Positions 46,095-55,377 of a stretch of DNA of 64,000 nucleotides are shown one piece after another (the first letter of the stretch is position 1; each line of letters opens with the position of its first letter). The notes below the pieces were generated by a model. That model was not told the origin of the DNA, ran no database searches, and was given only the letters and a program-made list of their open reading frames with translations. Origin of the DNA: a virus. The stretch lies in IMG/VR virus record IMGVR_UViG_3300035701_000001; one strand, given 5' to 3'. The position numbers and the translations under genes are program-made.

Positions 46095-46456
46095 AACCGG
46101 ATGGAGAACGACATCGTTGTCCCAGCAAGAGAAAGAAGCAGGATGGGGAACGCTGGCGGGCTCCCAACAAGAGACGGCCCGCTCAACCCGTGCCTGTCTG
46201 GCAGAACGTCCTTCGCAACGTCCGGAGACAGGCAGAGGAATCCAACGGGTTCTTCCAGGATGTCCCATGGTTCTGGATGACTTCGAACGGGAACCCACGT
46301 TGTGTGCGGTGCGGAACGCGCCTCACGTCCGAACAGGCGAGGAACTTGTTCTCCGCTGGGGTTTACCTGCGGGTCGGGGCTTGTTCGGATTGCCTGGCAG
46401 AGGTTCTCGAAGAACTTGAAAAGGAGAATCAGGAGTCAGTAGAAAAAGTACTGTAG
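46091..46456 (+). CDS. Cys-containing hypothetical protein
   Basis: ATGA-coupled; CVRCG...CSDC. Confidence 0.65.
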   Translation: MKPDGERHRCPSKRKKQDGERWRAPNKRRPAQPVPVWQNVLRNVRRQAEESNGFFQDVPWFWMTSNGNPRCVRCGTRLTSEQARNLFSAGVYLRVGACSDCLAEVLEELEKENQESVEKVL

Positions 46457-46497
46457 AACGCCTGGTTTTGATTTCATAAAAAAACGCTCGAAACCGT

Positions 46498-46526
46498 TTG
46501 ACACAAGATGTGTCATCCGATAGGCT
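46498..46526 (+). promoter_or_regulatory. sigma70-like promoter P7 with perfect operator TGACACA-AGA-TGTGTCA
   Basis: TTGACA-17-TAGGCT; A-tract upstream. Confidence 0.88.
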
Positions 46527-46532
46527 TGGATC

Positions 46533-48254
46533 ATGAGTCCGCAGGAGGACCCCATGAGCGAGATGCCCGCCGTCGAGTTCGAAGTCGAGAAGACCGCGCC
46601 CCGGAAGTACTGGGTCCGCTGCACGAAGGCAGACGGCGAGGTCTACCTGGCCTATCAGGGTGTCATCGGAGAAGGATGGACCTTCGAGAAGGCGAATCAG
46701 GAAGCGAATGCCTACCTGCAGCAGTGGCCCGAACTCTCCTGCGAGGTCGTCGAGATCGACGAGGCGGGCCACGTCATCGAGCCGAGCCAGGAAGAGGAGG
46801 GACCAACCGCCTCCTTCACGGTCGCCCGTGTCCACCTCGGTCAGGTCCAGGGAAAGGCCATGGAACTCGGTGTGGACGTCGACGTCCAGCCCATGGACCC
46901 CGCCCGCCTGCACGTCCTGTGGAGCCGGGGTTCCAGCCGTTTCGTACCCTGGCAGAGACTCCAGGATTCCGACCCGAAAAAGGCCGAACGCGTGCGCCTC
47001 GCGGCCGAGGGGTACGCCGAGATCACCCTGCGCGCTCCTGCCATCGAGGACCGGGTCATCGGAGTTGCGACCCTCGAAGGGGCCGATGACCAGAACAAGC
47101 CCCTCATCCGGTTCGTGGGCGTGCCGGGAGAGGAGAACATCTGGGGCGGAGATCGCATCCGGGACTTCACGTTCGCACGCTGTGACGTCTGCGGAGCCAA
47201 GCACCACCGCCACAAGGTGTTCCTGGTCCAGCACAAGGACACGGGGGCCATCCGCCAGATCGGTGGGGTGTGTGCCTCGAACCTGGACCTCGCCAAGAAG
47301 CTCTCGAAGATCCTGAAGGCCCTGAAACAGTTCGAAGCCTGGCTGCGGGACATGGGCAGTGAGTTCGAGGGCGGGCGTTGTTCGAGCTTCCACCCTGGCT
47401 GGGACGTCTACGAAGTCCTCGTGCTCGCAGAAATGGCCCTCACCCGGCATGGATACGTCTCGGGCAAAGCGGCGTACGAGAACTCGGGCCTTGTCTCGAC
47501 CAAAGAGACCGTGGCCGAGTGGACGGGCATCCTGCACCCGGTGGGACAGCTCACCCGTGAGAAGATCCGGGCTCGGGACGAACTGCAGGCCGAGGTCGAG
47601 GCCTTCGCCACAAAGGACGTCCAGAAGTTCTACGACGAGGCGAAGGCCTTCGTGGATGCCAAGTTCACAGAAGACCCCACAAACGAGTTCGCCTCGAACC
47701 TCCGCACGGCCTTCTACACCGGCTCGATCAAGATGCTCGGGTTCCTTGTCTGGATCCCGGCCGGACTCGCGAAGATCCGCTCCCAGCAGGCTGTGAGGAA
47801 AAGCGGTCCCTGGACCCCGTCCGTCCCGAAGACCGGAGCCGAGTTCGAGGCCTACTGCCAGGAGTGGGACAAGGAGACGGTTCTCGCATCCCTCGGAATC
47901 GACGAGAAGAAGGCTGCCAAGGAGATGGCCCGTGCCGAGATCACGAAAGGACTCTTCTCCAAGATCGAGAAGCACGTCCCCGGCATTTGGAAGGTCTGCC
48001 GCATCGGGCATTACGAAGGCCAGTTCGGGACGACCTACTTCTTTTCGCTCGTGCGCGAGCAGGATGGAGCGGAGATCACCTGGAAGTCTTCCCGTGGCTC
48101 GACCGAAGACGGCGGGGCCATCCGTGAGAATGACCGCCTCCTCATCGACTCGGCCACGGTAGGTGAGATTCCACCGCCCCGCACCGGTCACAACGGAAAG
48201 ACCTACCAGGACGGCCGGCTCATCCAGCGGGCCAGGGTCCACACCACTCTCTAG
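46533..48254 (+). CDS. large conserved phage protein of unknown function (573 aa)
   Basis: CDVCG...QIGGVC zinc motif; GQFGTTYFF...WKSS C-terminal segment; host-like GC3 bias. Confidence 0.85.
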   Translation: MSPQEDPMSEMPAVEFEVEKTAPRKYWVRCTKADGEVYLAYQGVIGEGWTFEKANQEANAYLQQWPELSCEVVEIDEAGHVIEPSQEEEGPTASFTVARVHLGQVQGKAMELGVDVDVQPMDPARLHVLWSRGSSRFVPWQRLQDSDPKKAERVRLAAEGYAEITLRAPAIEDRVIGVATLEGADDQNKPLIRFVGVPGEENIWGGDRIRDFTFARCDVCGAKHHRHKVFLVQHKDTGAIRQIGGVCASNLDLAKKLSKILKALKQFEAWLRDMGSEFEGGRCSSFHPGWDVYEVLVLAEMALTRHGYVSGKAAYENSGLVSTKETVAEWTGILHPVGQLTREKIRARDELQAEVEAFATKDVQKFYDEAKAFVDAKFTEDPTNEFASNLRTAFYTGSIKMLGFLVWIPAGLAKIRSQQAVRKSGPWTPSVPKTGAEFEAYCQEWDKETVLASLGIDEKKAAKEMARAEITKGLFSKIEKHVPGIWKVCRIGHYEGQFGTTYFFSLVREQDGAEITWKSSRGSTEDGGAIRENDRLLIDSATVGEIPPPRTGHNGKTYQDGRLIQRARVHTTL

Positions 48255-48264
48255 GAGACAGCCC

Positions 48265-48537
48265 ATGACCCAGTCCTTTCTTCCCTTCGATGCGTCCAAC
48301 CGCGTGGGTACCTGTCGCTGGTGCGGAGACCGACTGCAGGACGGAGGATTCGCGGAAGACAACTGCTTCTGCACGATGGAATGCGGTTACCTCTTCGGCC
48401 TCACCCATGCACAACAGGGCCATTTCCTGTGCCGTACCCCCGTTCCGAATCCCGAACCCACGGAATCCGACGAGGGGAAGGTCGACCAGCCCCAGGAGGA
48501 GTCGGAAGACGTCGCATCGGACAGGGACACAGAATGA
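48265..48537 (+). CDS. TRASH-like zinc hypothetical protein
   Basis: CRWCG...FCTMECG. Confidence 0.65.
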   Translation: MTQSFLPFDASNRVGTCRWCGDRLQDGGFAEDNCFCTMECGYLFGLTHAQQGHFLCRTPVPNPEPTESDEGKVDQPQEESEDVASDRDTE

Positions 48538-48854
48538 CCCTGGTTCTCTCGAACCGGCGAAGGCTCCTGCTCGCATTGCGCCGTCGTGTGCAGGCTTATC
48601 GCCACTTCGACGTCCTCGACTTGGAAGAGGGACGAGTCCAGTTGACGTGCCGTACCTGCGGAGCCGTGACCACCGAGACACCGGGAGACGGAACGAAGAC
48701 CGGTTCCGTGGAAGGACCCGGTGCCCGGTTGCTTGCCCACTGGTGGGCCACGGGAAATGGAGTCTCGGGAGTCTGCAAGGCCTGTACGGAGGCAGAGCGT
48801 GACGAGCGGTATCCACTTCCTCTCCTCGACAAAAACCCGAGGAAACGCCCCTGA
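48534..48854 (+). CDS. hypothetical protein
   Basis: CRTCG...CKAC. Confidence 0.68.
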   Translation: MTLVLSNRRRLLLALRRRVQAYRHFDVLDLEEGRVQLTCRTCGAVTTETPGDGTKTGSVEGPGARLLAHWWATGNGVSGVCKACTEAERDERYPLPLLDKNPRKRP

Positions 48855-48884
48855 ACTCCAACCAGATTCCCTGGAGGACATCGC

Positions 48885-49160
48885 ATGCATGACAAGAAGA
48901 TCTTCCCGACCACGTTGGCCTTCTCGACCTCCCAAGCCGAAATTCGCGTGGACTATCAACCCCAGCGCACCTGCAGGTACCAGGCCCTCTTGCGGTCCAA
49001 GACCTCCGACGAAGAGTCCGACGACCCCAGGACACCCCTGATCTCGGTACGAGGGGACAGCCCGCTACAGGTGCTCCAGATGCTGCAACATGAACTGGAC
49101 GAAGTCCGAGTCACGTGCGACGAAGCGATGGCCTTCGTCAAACCCCTCATGAACAAATAA
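48885..49160 (+). CDS. hypothetical protein
   Basis: GGAGG SD. Confidence 0.7.
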   Translation: MHDKKIFPTTLAFSTSQAEIRVDYQPQRTCRYQALLRSKTSDEESDDPRTPLISVRGDSPLQVLQMLQHELDEVRVTCDEAMAFVKPLMNK

Positions 49161-49170
49161 CGAGGCCCCC

Positions 49171-49446
49171 ATGCGCTCCTACGATCCCCAACGACGCGGA
49201 GTCGTCCGTTCGAACGTGCTTACCCGTGTCCGTGCTCCTGCCCCTGGCCTCTGCCGAAGCTGCAACGAGGAGACCTATCTGCGGGAACGCGGAACGGATG
49301 CCCCTTTCTGCTCCCTGCTCTGCCGGAATCAATTCTGGGCACGGCGCGGGGAGAACCCCAGAGAGCTTCCGCTGCGCTCGGGGGACATCCTGACCCTCTC
49401 TCCGGGCGGAATGGTGATGAGAGCGCAGGAGAGATGTTTCTCATGA
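49171..49446 (+). CDS. hypothetical protein
   Basis: CRSC...FCSLLC. Confidence 0.62.
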   Translation: MRSYDPQRRGVVRSNVLTRVRAPAPGLCRSCNEETYLRERGTDAPFCSLLCRNQFWARRGENPRELPLRSGDILTLSPGGMVMRAQERCFS

Positions 49447-49964
49447 GAAAAGAGGAAATGGAAAAAACAAAGGAAGAAACCACCCTCATATACGAACTTC
49501 AGCGGAAGATCTGCGGACGTCCTGGATGGAAATGGGAGGAGGGCATGCACGCCGAGCATCCAGGGCTCGGGCGATTCCTCGTCCACGACGTCATCCAGGA
49601 TGTCTCGACTCATCCACCCATCTACGGACTGATGTGCTGCCCGTCGAACAACTCGATCCCGTATTGGGTCAAAGGAGAGGAGTGCATCCCCGTCTTCACC
49701 CCGAACACGCTCGGCTGCCTTGCCCATCAAGTCGAGTGCGCCTGGAAGGAAAACCTCGGGGTCGACGGGGTGCACGTCGAGATCAAACGAATCTTCGATC
49801 CCACGAACGCCCTGGGGATTTCCTTTGCCTGGATGCTCGTGAACGGGATCGGAGAACCCCTCCCTCTCTCTCTCCCTCTCCACCCTTCCTACCCAAGCAA
49901 AGAACAGATGCTTGTCGAGGCCCTGATCTACGCGACCGAGTTCCCCCAGGAGGAGGCTTCGTGA
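49434..49964 (+). CDS. hypothetical protein
   Basis: WKWEEGM...TLGCLAHQVECAW. Confidence 0.72.
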   Translation: MFLMRKEEMEKTKEETTLIYELQRKICGRPGWKWEEGMHAEHPGLGRFLVHDVIQDVSTHPPIYGLMCCPSNNSIPYWVKGEECIPVFTPNTLGCLAHQVECAWKENLGVDGVHVEIKRIFDPTNALGISFAWMLVNGIGEPLPLSLPLHPSYPSKEQMLVEALIYATEFPQEEAS

Positions 49965-50212
49965 AAGTCCCTCTTCCCAAGGTCGGACGCGCCTGGATCT
50001 GGAAAAAGGGCATGCCGGACGAAAAAGTCCTGCTGCTCACCGGGATCCGCGTCGTCGACACGGAAGACCCGTCCTCCCCTTCCTTCTGGGCCCACTGGGG
50101 AGATGGTTCCAAGGATCTCTATGGAGGACCCTATGGAAGTCGATGGCCCCCGAGGGGAGCCAAACTCCAGCCTCTGCATCTCCCTCCGCGTTCGAAAGGA
50201 AAGTCCCCATGA
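49961..50212 (+). CDS. hypothetical protein
   Basis: AGGAGG SD, GTGA overlap. Confidence 0.65.
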   Translation: MKVPLPKVGRAWIWKKGMPDEKVLLLTGIRVVDTEDPSSPSFWAHWGDGSKDLYGGPYGSRWPPRGAKLQPLHLPPRSKGKSP

Positions 50213-50816
50213 CCACCAAAGAGAAGGATCTCGACTCCATTCGGACCCCCGTGACCGAAGCCCAGCACTCCGACATCTGCGACAACGTCCGCCTGCGGAC
50301 GATCTTCGACTTGCTCGACCGCATCACCGGATTTCCCGATGAAGTCGGACATGTACGAGACGAAGTGGCTCACCTCCTCACCGCCTCGTGGAAGAAAGTG
50401 GATGGGCACCTGTACGGGACGGAGGGGTACGGGGACTTGGTTTCGAGGACGTCGAGGCCTACCGCCGGGCCTATGAGGAACGTGACAAGGAGTTTCCGGA
50501 GGACCGCGATTGCATCTCCTGGGAGAAAAACCCGGTCATGACCTGTTTCGTGCTCTCTGATCCAGTCGTCGTCCTCTCGTGGAAAAAGCCGAATGGACAG
50601 TACGTGTCCAGTTCCTTTGTCCTGGACAACGTGGAGTTCGAGAAGAAAGACGGCAAGCGGATGTACTCGGAGACACTGCTGCCGAAGTCCGAACCAAGAA
50701 TGCTCATCTCCTGGGAACAACTGGGCCTATGGGTCAAGAGGAAAGATCCAGAGGCTCCAGAAGAATCGGACCCGGAAGAATCGACCCCAGAAGAATCGGA
50801 TCCGGAACCCAAGTAA
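50209..50816 (+). CDS. hypothetical protein split over two frames (possible frameshift near 50430-50445)
   Basis: ORF 50209-50541 overlaps ORF 50388-50816, which ends in (PEES D/T)x3. Confidence 0.45.
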
Positions 50817-50820
50817 TCGT

Positions 50821-50849
50821 TTGACACAGCGTGTGTCACGCGGTAGCTT
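50821..50849 (+). promoter_or_regulatory. sigma70-like promoter P8 with perfect operator TGACACA-GCG-TGTGTCA
   Basis: TTGACA-17-TAGCTT; directly upstream of HTH gene. Confidence 0.88.
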
Positions 50850-50876
50850 ACTCCAGGACTTGGACCTGGAGGCTCG

Positions 50877-51176
50877 ATGACCCACGAGACGATCAAGACC
50901 CTGCGGGAATTCCTGGGACTTTCCCAGGATCAGTTCGCCCGGCTTCTCGGGGTGCACCCGATGACCGTGAGTAAGTGGGAGCGCAACGTGGCCTTCCCAC
51001 CCGACTACAACATCCAGCAGATGGAAGCGCTTCGCGAGGCCTGTTCTGACCTCCGGACACGGGAGATGGACGCATTCCATACCCTCGTCCAGCGGGGATT
51101 GTATGTCCAGGCGCTTGGAATCCTCGTCACGAAGGGAATCCAGAACACGTTGCACGGAAAAGGGAAAACTCGATGA
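50877..51176 (+). CDS. XRE-family HTH regulator (candidate operator-binding repressor)
   Basis: IKTLREFLGLSQDQFARLLGVHPMTVSKWERNVAFP. Confidence 0.88.
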   Translation: MTHETIKTLREFLGLSQDQFARLLGVHPMTVSKWERNVAFPPDYNIQQMEALREACSDLRTREMDAFHTLVQRGLYVQALGILVTKGIQNTLHGKGKTR

Positions 51177-51460
51177 GCACCCGTGATTCCCTCCGCAACT
51201 ACGGTCTTCCCAACGTCACCCCCATCGGGAAACCGACCTGGAAGAAGGCAGTTCCTCTGGGAGGTCACGACCCCCTCTGTCCGAACTGCGGGGCCTGGCT
51301 CTGCGAGATCGAAGTCCTCGTGAAGACCCCCCTCGTGAGAGGAGGGGAAGGGCTCTGCCGCTACCTCGGATGCCCGGCTTGCCCATTTGCTTCTCCATCG
51401 GTCACGACCTCGATGCCTACGGTGTCCATGAAACCAGAAGTAGAGCAAAAACCGAGATGA
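51173..51460 (+). CDS. zinc-ribbon protein
   Basis: CPNCG...GCPACPF. Confidence 0.72.
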   Translation: MSTRDSLRNYGLPNVTPIGKPTWKKAVPLGGHDPLCPNCGAWLCEIEVLVKTPLVRGGEGLCRYLGCPACPFASPSVTTSMPTVSMKPEVEQKPR

Positions 51461-51996
51461 CCTCCAAGAAAACGATTTTCAAGAAACTATCGGATATCCA
51501 AATGCCGGATATCGAGAAAATCCGTGAAAGGGCAAGGTATACGATTGATTCAGCAAATCGTCAAATGAATGAGGGAACTTCTCCCTACATTGTCTTCTTC
51601 ATGAAACAAATCATCCAGGCAAACCTGGATGTCTGTGAAGACATCAAAAAAGCTTTTGATATGAAAGATGAGATTGAACGTCGTATGGGCGAACATGATG
51701 ACCTGTGCAAGGACATCATCAAGCAATTAGAAACTACAAAAGGTCCCAAACTACAGTACGACATTCAACGAGTGTTCAAACTTCACGATGAATTGATCAA
51801 ACAAACCAGTATCGTGGAAGAACTGCTTTCAGACAAAAAGATATCGAGAATCAACGAGTTGAACTCGCTCTACTTCGAACTGCAGAAACAGAACGGGGTG
51901 ATGGATCAGGATGAACTTGAAGAAAACTGGAAGTCGGCTATGGAGGGATGGGATCGGATGATGGAAAGAAAAAAGGAGAGAATGTCAGAATCGTGA
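51457..51996 (+). CDS. AT-rich helical hypothetical protein
   Basis: ATGA-coupled; PDIEKIRERA motif. Confidence 0.72.
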   Translation: MTSKKTIFKKLSDIQMPDIEKIRERARYTIDSANRQMNEGTSPYIVFFMKQIIQANLDVCEDIKKAFDMKDEIERRMGEHDDLCKDIIKQLETTKGPKLQYDIQRVFKLHDELIKQTSIVEELLSDKKISRINELNSLYFELQKQNGVMDQDELEENWKSAMEGWDRMMERKKERMSES

Positions 51997-52084
51997 TTGG
52001 ATCCGATGAGGGTGAAGCCTGTCGAGAAGCCCAAGGGACTTCACGGGGGTAAGGATACAGAAACCCCGTAACAAGGAGTTACCC

Positions 52085-52882
52085 ATGAGCACCCCTCCGA
52101 CAATCCACAAGGGAGACACCGGTTCCGACGTCCGGCTCTGCCAGGAACGTCTCGTCGTGTACGGCTACTCCGTCACCGTGGACGGTGTCTTCGGCTCCAA
52201 CACGGAAACCAAGGTGAAGGAGTTCCAGAAAGCCAAGGGACTCACGGCGGATGGCATCGTGGGGACAAACACATGGAACGCACTGCTTGCGGACCCGGTG
52301 GAGAAACCCATGCCTGAATACGACCAACTCACCGACCTCGACCGCCGGATGCTGTGCGAAATCGCACAGTACGTGGGATGGGACTATGCGAAGGGAACCC
52401 CTTCCCTCGTCGCACAGCCCTCTCGGCTTGTTCCCAGCAACGTGGTCTGGGCTCCTGGCAAGAAAACGGACACCGTCTGCTGCGTGTTCATCGGAGGCAT
52501 CGCGGGTCGTGTCTATGACAAGACGGCAAAATGGAGTCAGAACGCCTGGGCCCACTTCATGGTGCCTGCGGACGATCCCTGGGGGATGGTCGAGGAGTCC
52601 CTCACCGCAGGAATCGGCAAGGCATACACGGGCACCCCCCAGGATGGACGATGGTATATCGTCCAGAAATGGACAAACCTCGTGGATGGGAAGGTCGTCG
52701 AGGGAGTCTCGCACGGTCACCAGTGGTTCCAATGGGGACCCAACTGGATCATCGAAGCCAACTCCTGTTCGGACGAAGATGCCAATGGCTCCTCCACGGA
52801 TGAAGGGGCCGTCGCCTGGCGGCACCACGCCTGGAACCAGGATCCGAAGAATGTCCGGGTCGTGGAACTCTTCACGCCCTGA
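52085..52882 (+). CDS. putative endolysin: N-terminal peptidoglycan-binding domain plus Cys/His-type catalytic domain
   Basis: KGDTGSDVRLCQERL...VDGVFGSNTETKVKEFQKAKGLTADGIVGTNTWNAL (PG_binding_1); CCVF...GHQW...IEAN. Confidence 0.85.
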   Translation: MSTPPTIHKGDTGSDVRLCQERLVVYGYSVTVDGVFGSNTETKVKEFQKAKGLTADGIVGTNTWNALLADPVEKPMPEYDQLTDLDRRMLCEIAQYVGWDYAKGTPSLVAQPSRLVPSNVVWAPGKKTDTVCCVFIGGIAGRVYDKTAKWSQNAWAHFMVPADDPWGMVEESLTAGIGKAYTGTPQDGRWYIVQKWTNLVDGKVVEGVSHGHQWFQWGPNWIIEANSCSDEDANGSSTDEGAVAWRHHAWNQDPKNVRVVELFTP

Positions 52883-52982
52883 TCCAGGTTTTCCTGACAG
52901 GAGCCGGTGGAAAGGATCGGAGTCCATCCCATTGGAAGGCCCGACGAGATAAAGAGATCTCTCCAGGTTCCAAGGGGTCCCC

Positions 52983-54089
52983 ATGTCGCACATCTACACG
53001 AGCCTCGTCACCATCGGAAACGTCGACATCTACAACGTGACCGCAAACCCCAACGGAGTGCTCCCCGCCTCCCTCGGGTCCCTGGCCCTTCGCAGTGACA
53101 CGGCCGAGGTCTGGCAGAATACGGACGGACTCACCTCCTGGACCCCCATGCTATCGGCCTCTGCCCCGATCCAGGGCATGGTCTTCGTGGACGGCAACTA
53201 CACGGGAGTCACCGAAAATGGCTCCATCACCTGCCCCTTCAAGACCATCGTGGCAGCCCTCGCTTCTGCTCCCATGGCGGGTTCAATTCTCAAGATCTCT
53301 CCGAAGCTCACTCCCTACATCGAGGATGTGACGCTTCCCGACGGCATTTCCTGCGAAGGATATGCGGGAAACGGCGGATATACCCAGATCCAGGGCTTCT
53401 TCGTCGCAGTGGGTCCGAGTTCCATGAGCTTGCGCTACCTGCACTTCGGACGCTCGGGACTCGGTGGATCGGTGACGATCAACTCCGGATGCGACATCCG
53501 AGACTGCTACTCGTCCGTTCCGGTCATCAGCCTGGCGACCAATCCCATCCTGGCGTTCCATCTCGTCGTCAACACGCTGCCGGGAGAGATTCCCCTCAGC
53601 ATCCTTGGAAACGGCATGTGGGAGGATATCTTCTCCCGCTACACGTCGCAGGGGGATGTCCCGGCCGTCGCGCACATGGCGGGAGGAGCGTCCTTCTCGG
53701 ACTGCCAGATGTACGGCAGCCGTCTCGCTCCGGGCTACATCTTCGATTCGACCATCGGATATGCGTCCCTCTTCAACACCCAAGTCGTCAACGCAGGTGG
53801 AGGCCCTGCAATCAACCTTCAGAACGGTGCCTTCGCGAATCCGAACGTCGTGGCCGACGTCATCGCGATAGGAAATATCGACTGCGGCGTCTCCAAGACC
53901 ATTGTGGGTGGACTCACGATGGGTGGAGGGGGTGGTTTGACTGGAAATCCAGCAGCACTCCTGTTCAACGCTTCCTATGCCCCCATCAATCCGCTGAACT
54001 GGGCAGGGAATCCGACCGATGTGCAAAACGCCATCGAGCGCATCGCAACAGCCGTGGTCGCCCTGCAGTTGGGAGCCCCCATCGCGTAG
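52983..54089 (+). CDS. virion-type protein with MSHIYTS N-module and beta-rich C-domain
   Basis: Shared N-terminal ~55 aa; VFVDGNY...GSITCPFKTIVAAL motif (DUF1565-like, typical of beta-helix starts). Confidence 0.8.
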   Translation: MSHIYTSLVTIGNVDIYNVTANPNGVLPASLGSLALRSDTAEVWQNTDGLTSWTPMLSASAPIQGMVFVDGNYTGVTENGSITCPFKTIVAALASAPMAGSILKISPKLTPYIEDVTLPDGISCEGYAGNGGYTQIQGFFVAVGPSSMSLRYLHFGRSGLGGSVTINSGCDIRDCYSSVPVISLATNPILAFHLVVNTLPGEIPLSILGNGMWEDIFSRYTSQGDVPAVAHMAGGASFSDCQMYGSRLAPGYIFDSTIGYASLFNTQVVNAGGGPAINLQNGAFANPNVVADVIAIGNIDCGVSKTIVGGLTMGGGGGLTGNPAALLFNASYAPINPLNWAGNPTDVQNAIERIATAVVALQLGAPIA

Positions 54090-54152
54090 GGGGTTCCCCC
54101 GACCTGAACGCATCTGGGATAAGAAGATCTCTCCAGGACACGAGAGGTCCCC

Positions 54153-55223
54153 ATGTCGCACATCTACACAAGCCTTGTCACAATCGGTGGCATCGACATC
54201 TACAACGTGACGGCCGATCCGAATGGCGTGCTTCCTGCGCTTCTCGGCTCCCTGGCCATCCGCAGCGACGTGCCCGAGGTCTACCAGAACATGGATGGGC
54301 TGACAACCTGGACGTTGCTCTCGGGACGGCAGCCGAGGGTCTTCTGGGTCAACAACAACTACCCGACGCCTCCCGGCAATCCAGATGGAAGCATCAACGC
54401 ACCCTTCCAGACCATTCAAGCGGCACTCGATGCGGCAGGACCCGCGACGAGCCTTGTCGATCAAGTACTTCCGTACATACTCTTCGTGGTTGCAGGGATT
54501 TACGACGAAGCACCCGTGGTACCGGCCTACCGCTCGGTGCAGTTCATCCCACTGGGCATGGTGGTTCTGGGGACAGGAGGAACACGCCAACCGATCACGC
54601 TCACCCTATCCGCACCGAAACCGTTTCCTGGAACCTACGTCTCCTTCACCGTGACCAGCCTCTCACCAGAAGTTGGAACATTCTTCTGCGATCAACTCAT
54701 CGTAGCCAGCACCGTTGCAAAGCTGGAGGTGGAACTAGTCGGCTTCAATGCCTTGGGAATCGCGGGACCGGCCATCGACGCAAGCGGTTGGGCTTCTCCA
54801 CAGACTTGTCGTATCCGAACAGAGCAGTGCGTCTTGCAAAGCCAGGACACAGGAGATGCAGGAGTTCCTGTTCTTTCGGGGACAGCCACCGTCTCACTGA
54901 ACCGGATCTCCGAGTCGAACTTCGAATCGAAGGCCCCGACGCCTGCAAACCGGGTGTGCGTGATTGCAGGGGACTACGGACAAATCAGCCTGTCCAAGTT
55001 CGACGGAGACATCACGTTCCTCAACAACCCCGCCGTCTCCCCCAGCGGATCGGCATGGCCACAGGGATGGTTCGAGTGTTCGTTCGGGAACTGCACCTGG
55101 ACGGGAACGGCAGCCGGAGATTTCCAACTCGACGCGACCAGCAATTACTTCTTCAAACTGGGCGGATTGAACTCGGTCGGCGCTCCCTCGACCAAGACGA
55201 TCCTGTTCGACTCCGTTCCGTAA
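54153..55223 (+). CDS. virion-type protein with MSHIYTS N-module
   Basis: Shared N-module; FWVNNNY...DGSINAPFQTIQAALD. Confidence 0.8.
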   Translation: MSHIYTSLVTIGGIDIYNVTADPNGVLPALLGSLAIRSDVPEVYQNMDGLTTWTLLSGRQPRVFWVNNNYPTPPGNPDGSINAPFQTIQAALDAAGPATSLVDQVLPYILFVVAGIYDEAPVVPAYRSVQFIPLGMVVLGTGGTRQPITLTLSAPKPFPGTYVSFTVTSLSPEVGTFFCDQLIVASTVAKLEVELVGFNALGIAGPAIDASGWASPQTCRIRTEQCVLQSQDTGDAGVPVLSGTATVSLNRISESNFESKAPTPANRVCVIAGDYGQISLSKFDGDITFLNNPAVSPSGSAWPQGWFECSFGNCTWTGTAAGDFQLDATSNYFFKLGGLNSVGAPSTKTILFDSVP

Positions 55224-55377
55224 CTACGAAAGAGAACGTGCAACCAGAAGTATAGTAAAAACGGACTGGATTGTCGACGGAACCGGTCCGGTCCAGGAGG
55301 GCAAGAGCCGGGTTACTCTACCGGAAAGCGGACCGTTCGGGGATTCCTTCCATTGAACCCCGGTAGACAGGGACCTC

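Noticed and set aside
46323-48374. Long minus-strand ORFs (also 14439-15749, 53283-54590, 56909-58120, 62073-63236)
   Set aside because: Shadow frames of GC-rich + strand genes; no SD, motifs or operon logic.
1-52000. Recurrent ...KE.P / ...GG.P C-terminal peptide tails as a protein motif
   Set aside because: Explained by the next gene's SD and ccATGA overlap being encoded in the upstream gene.
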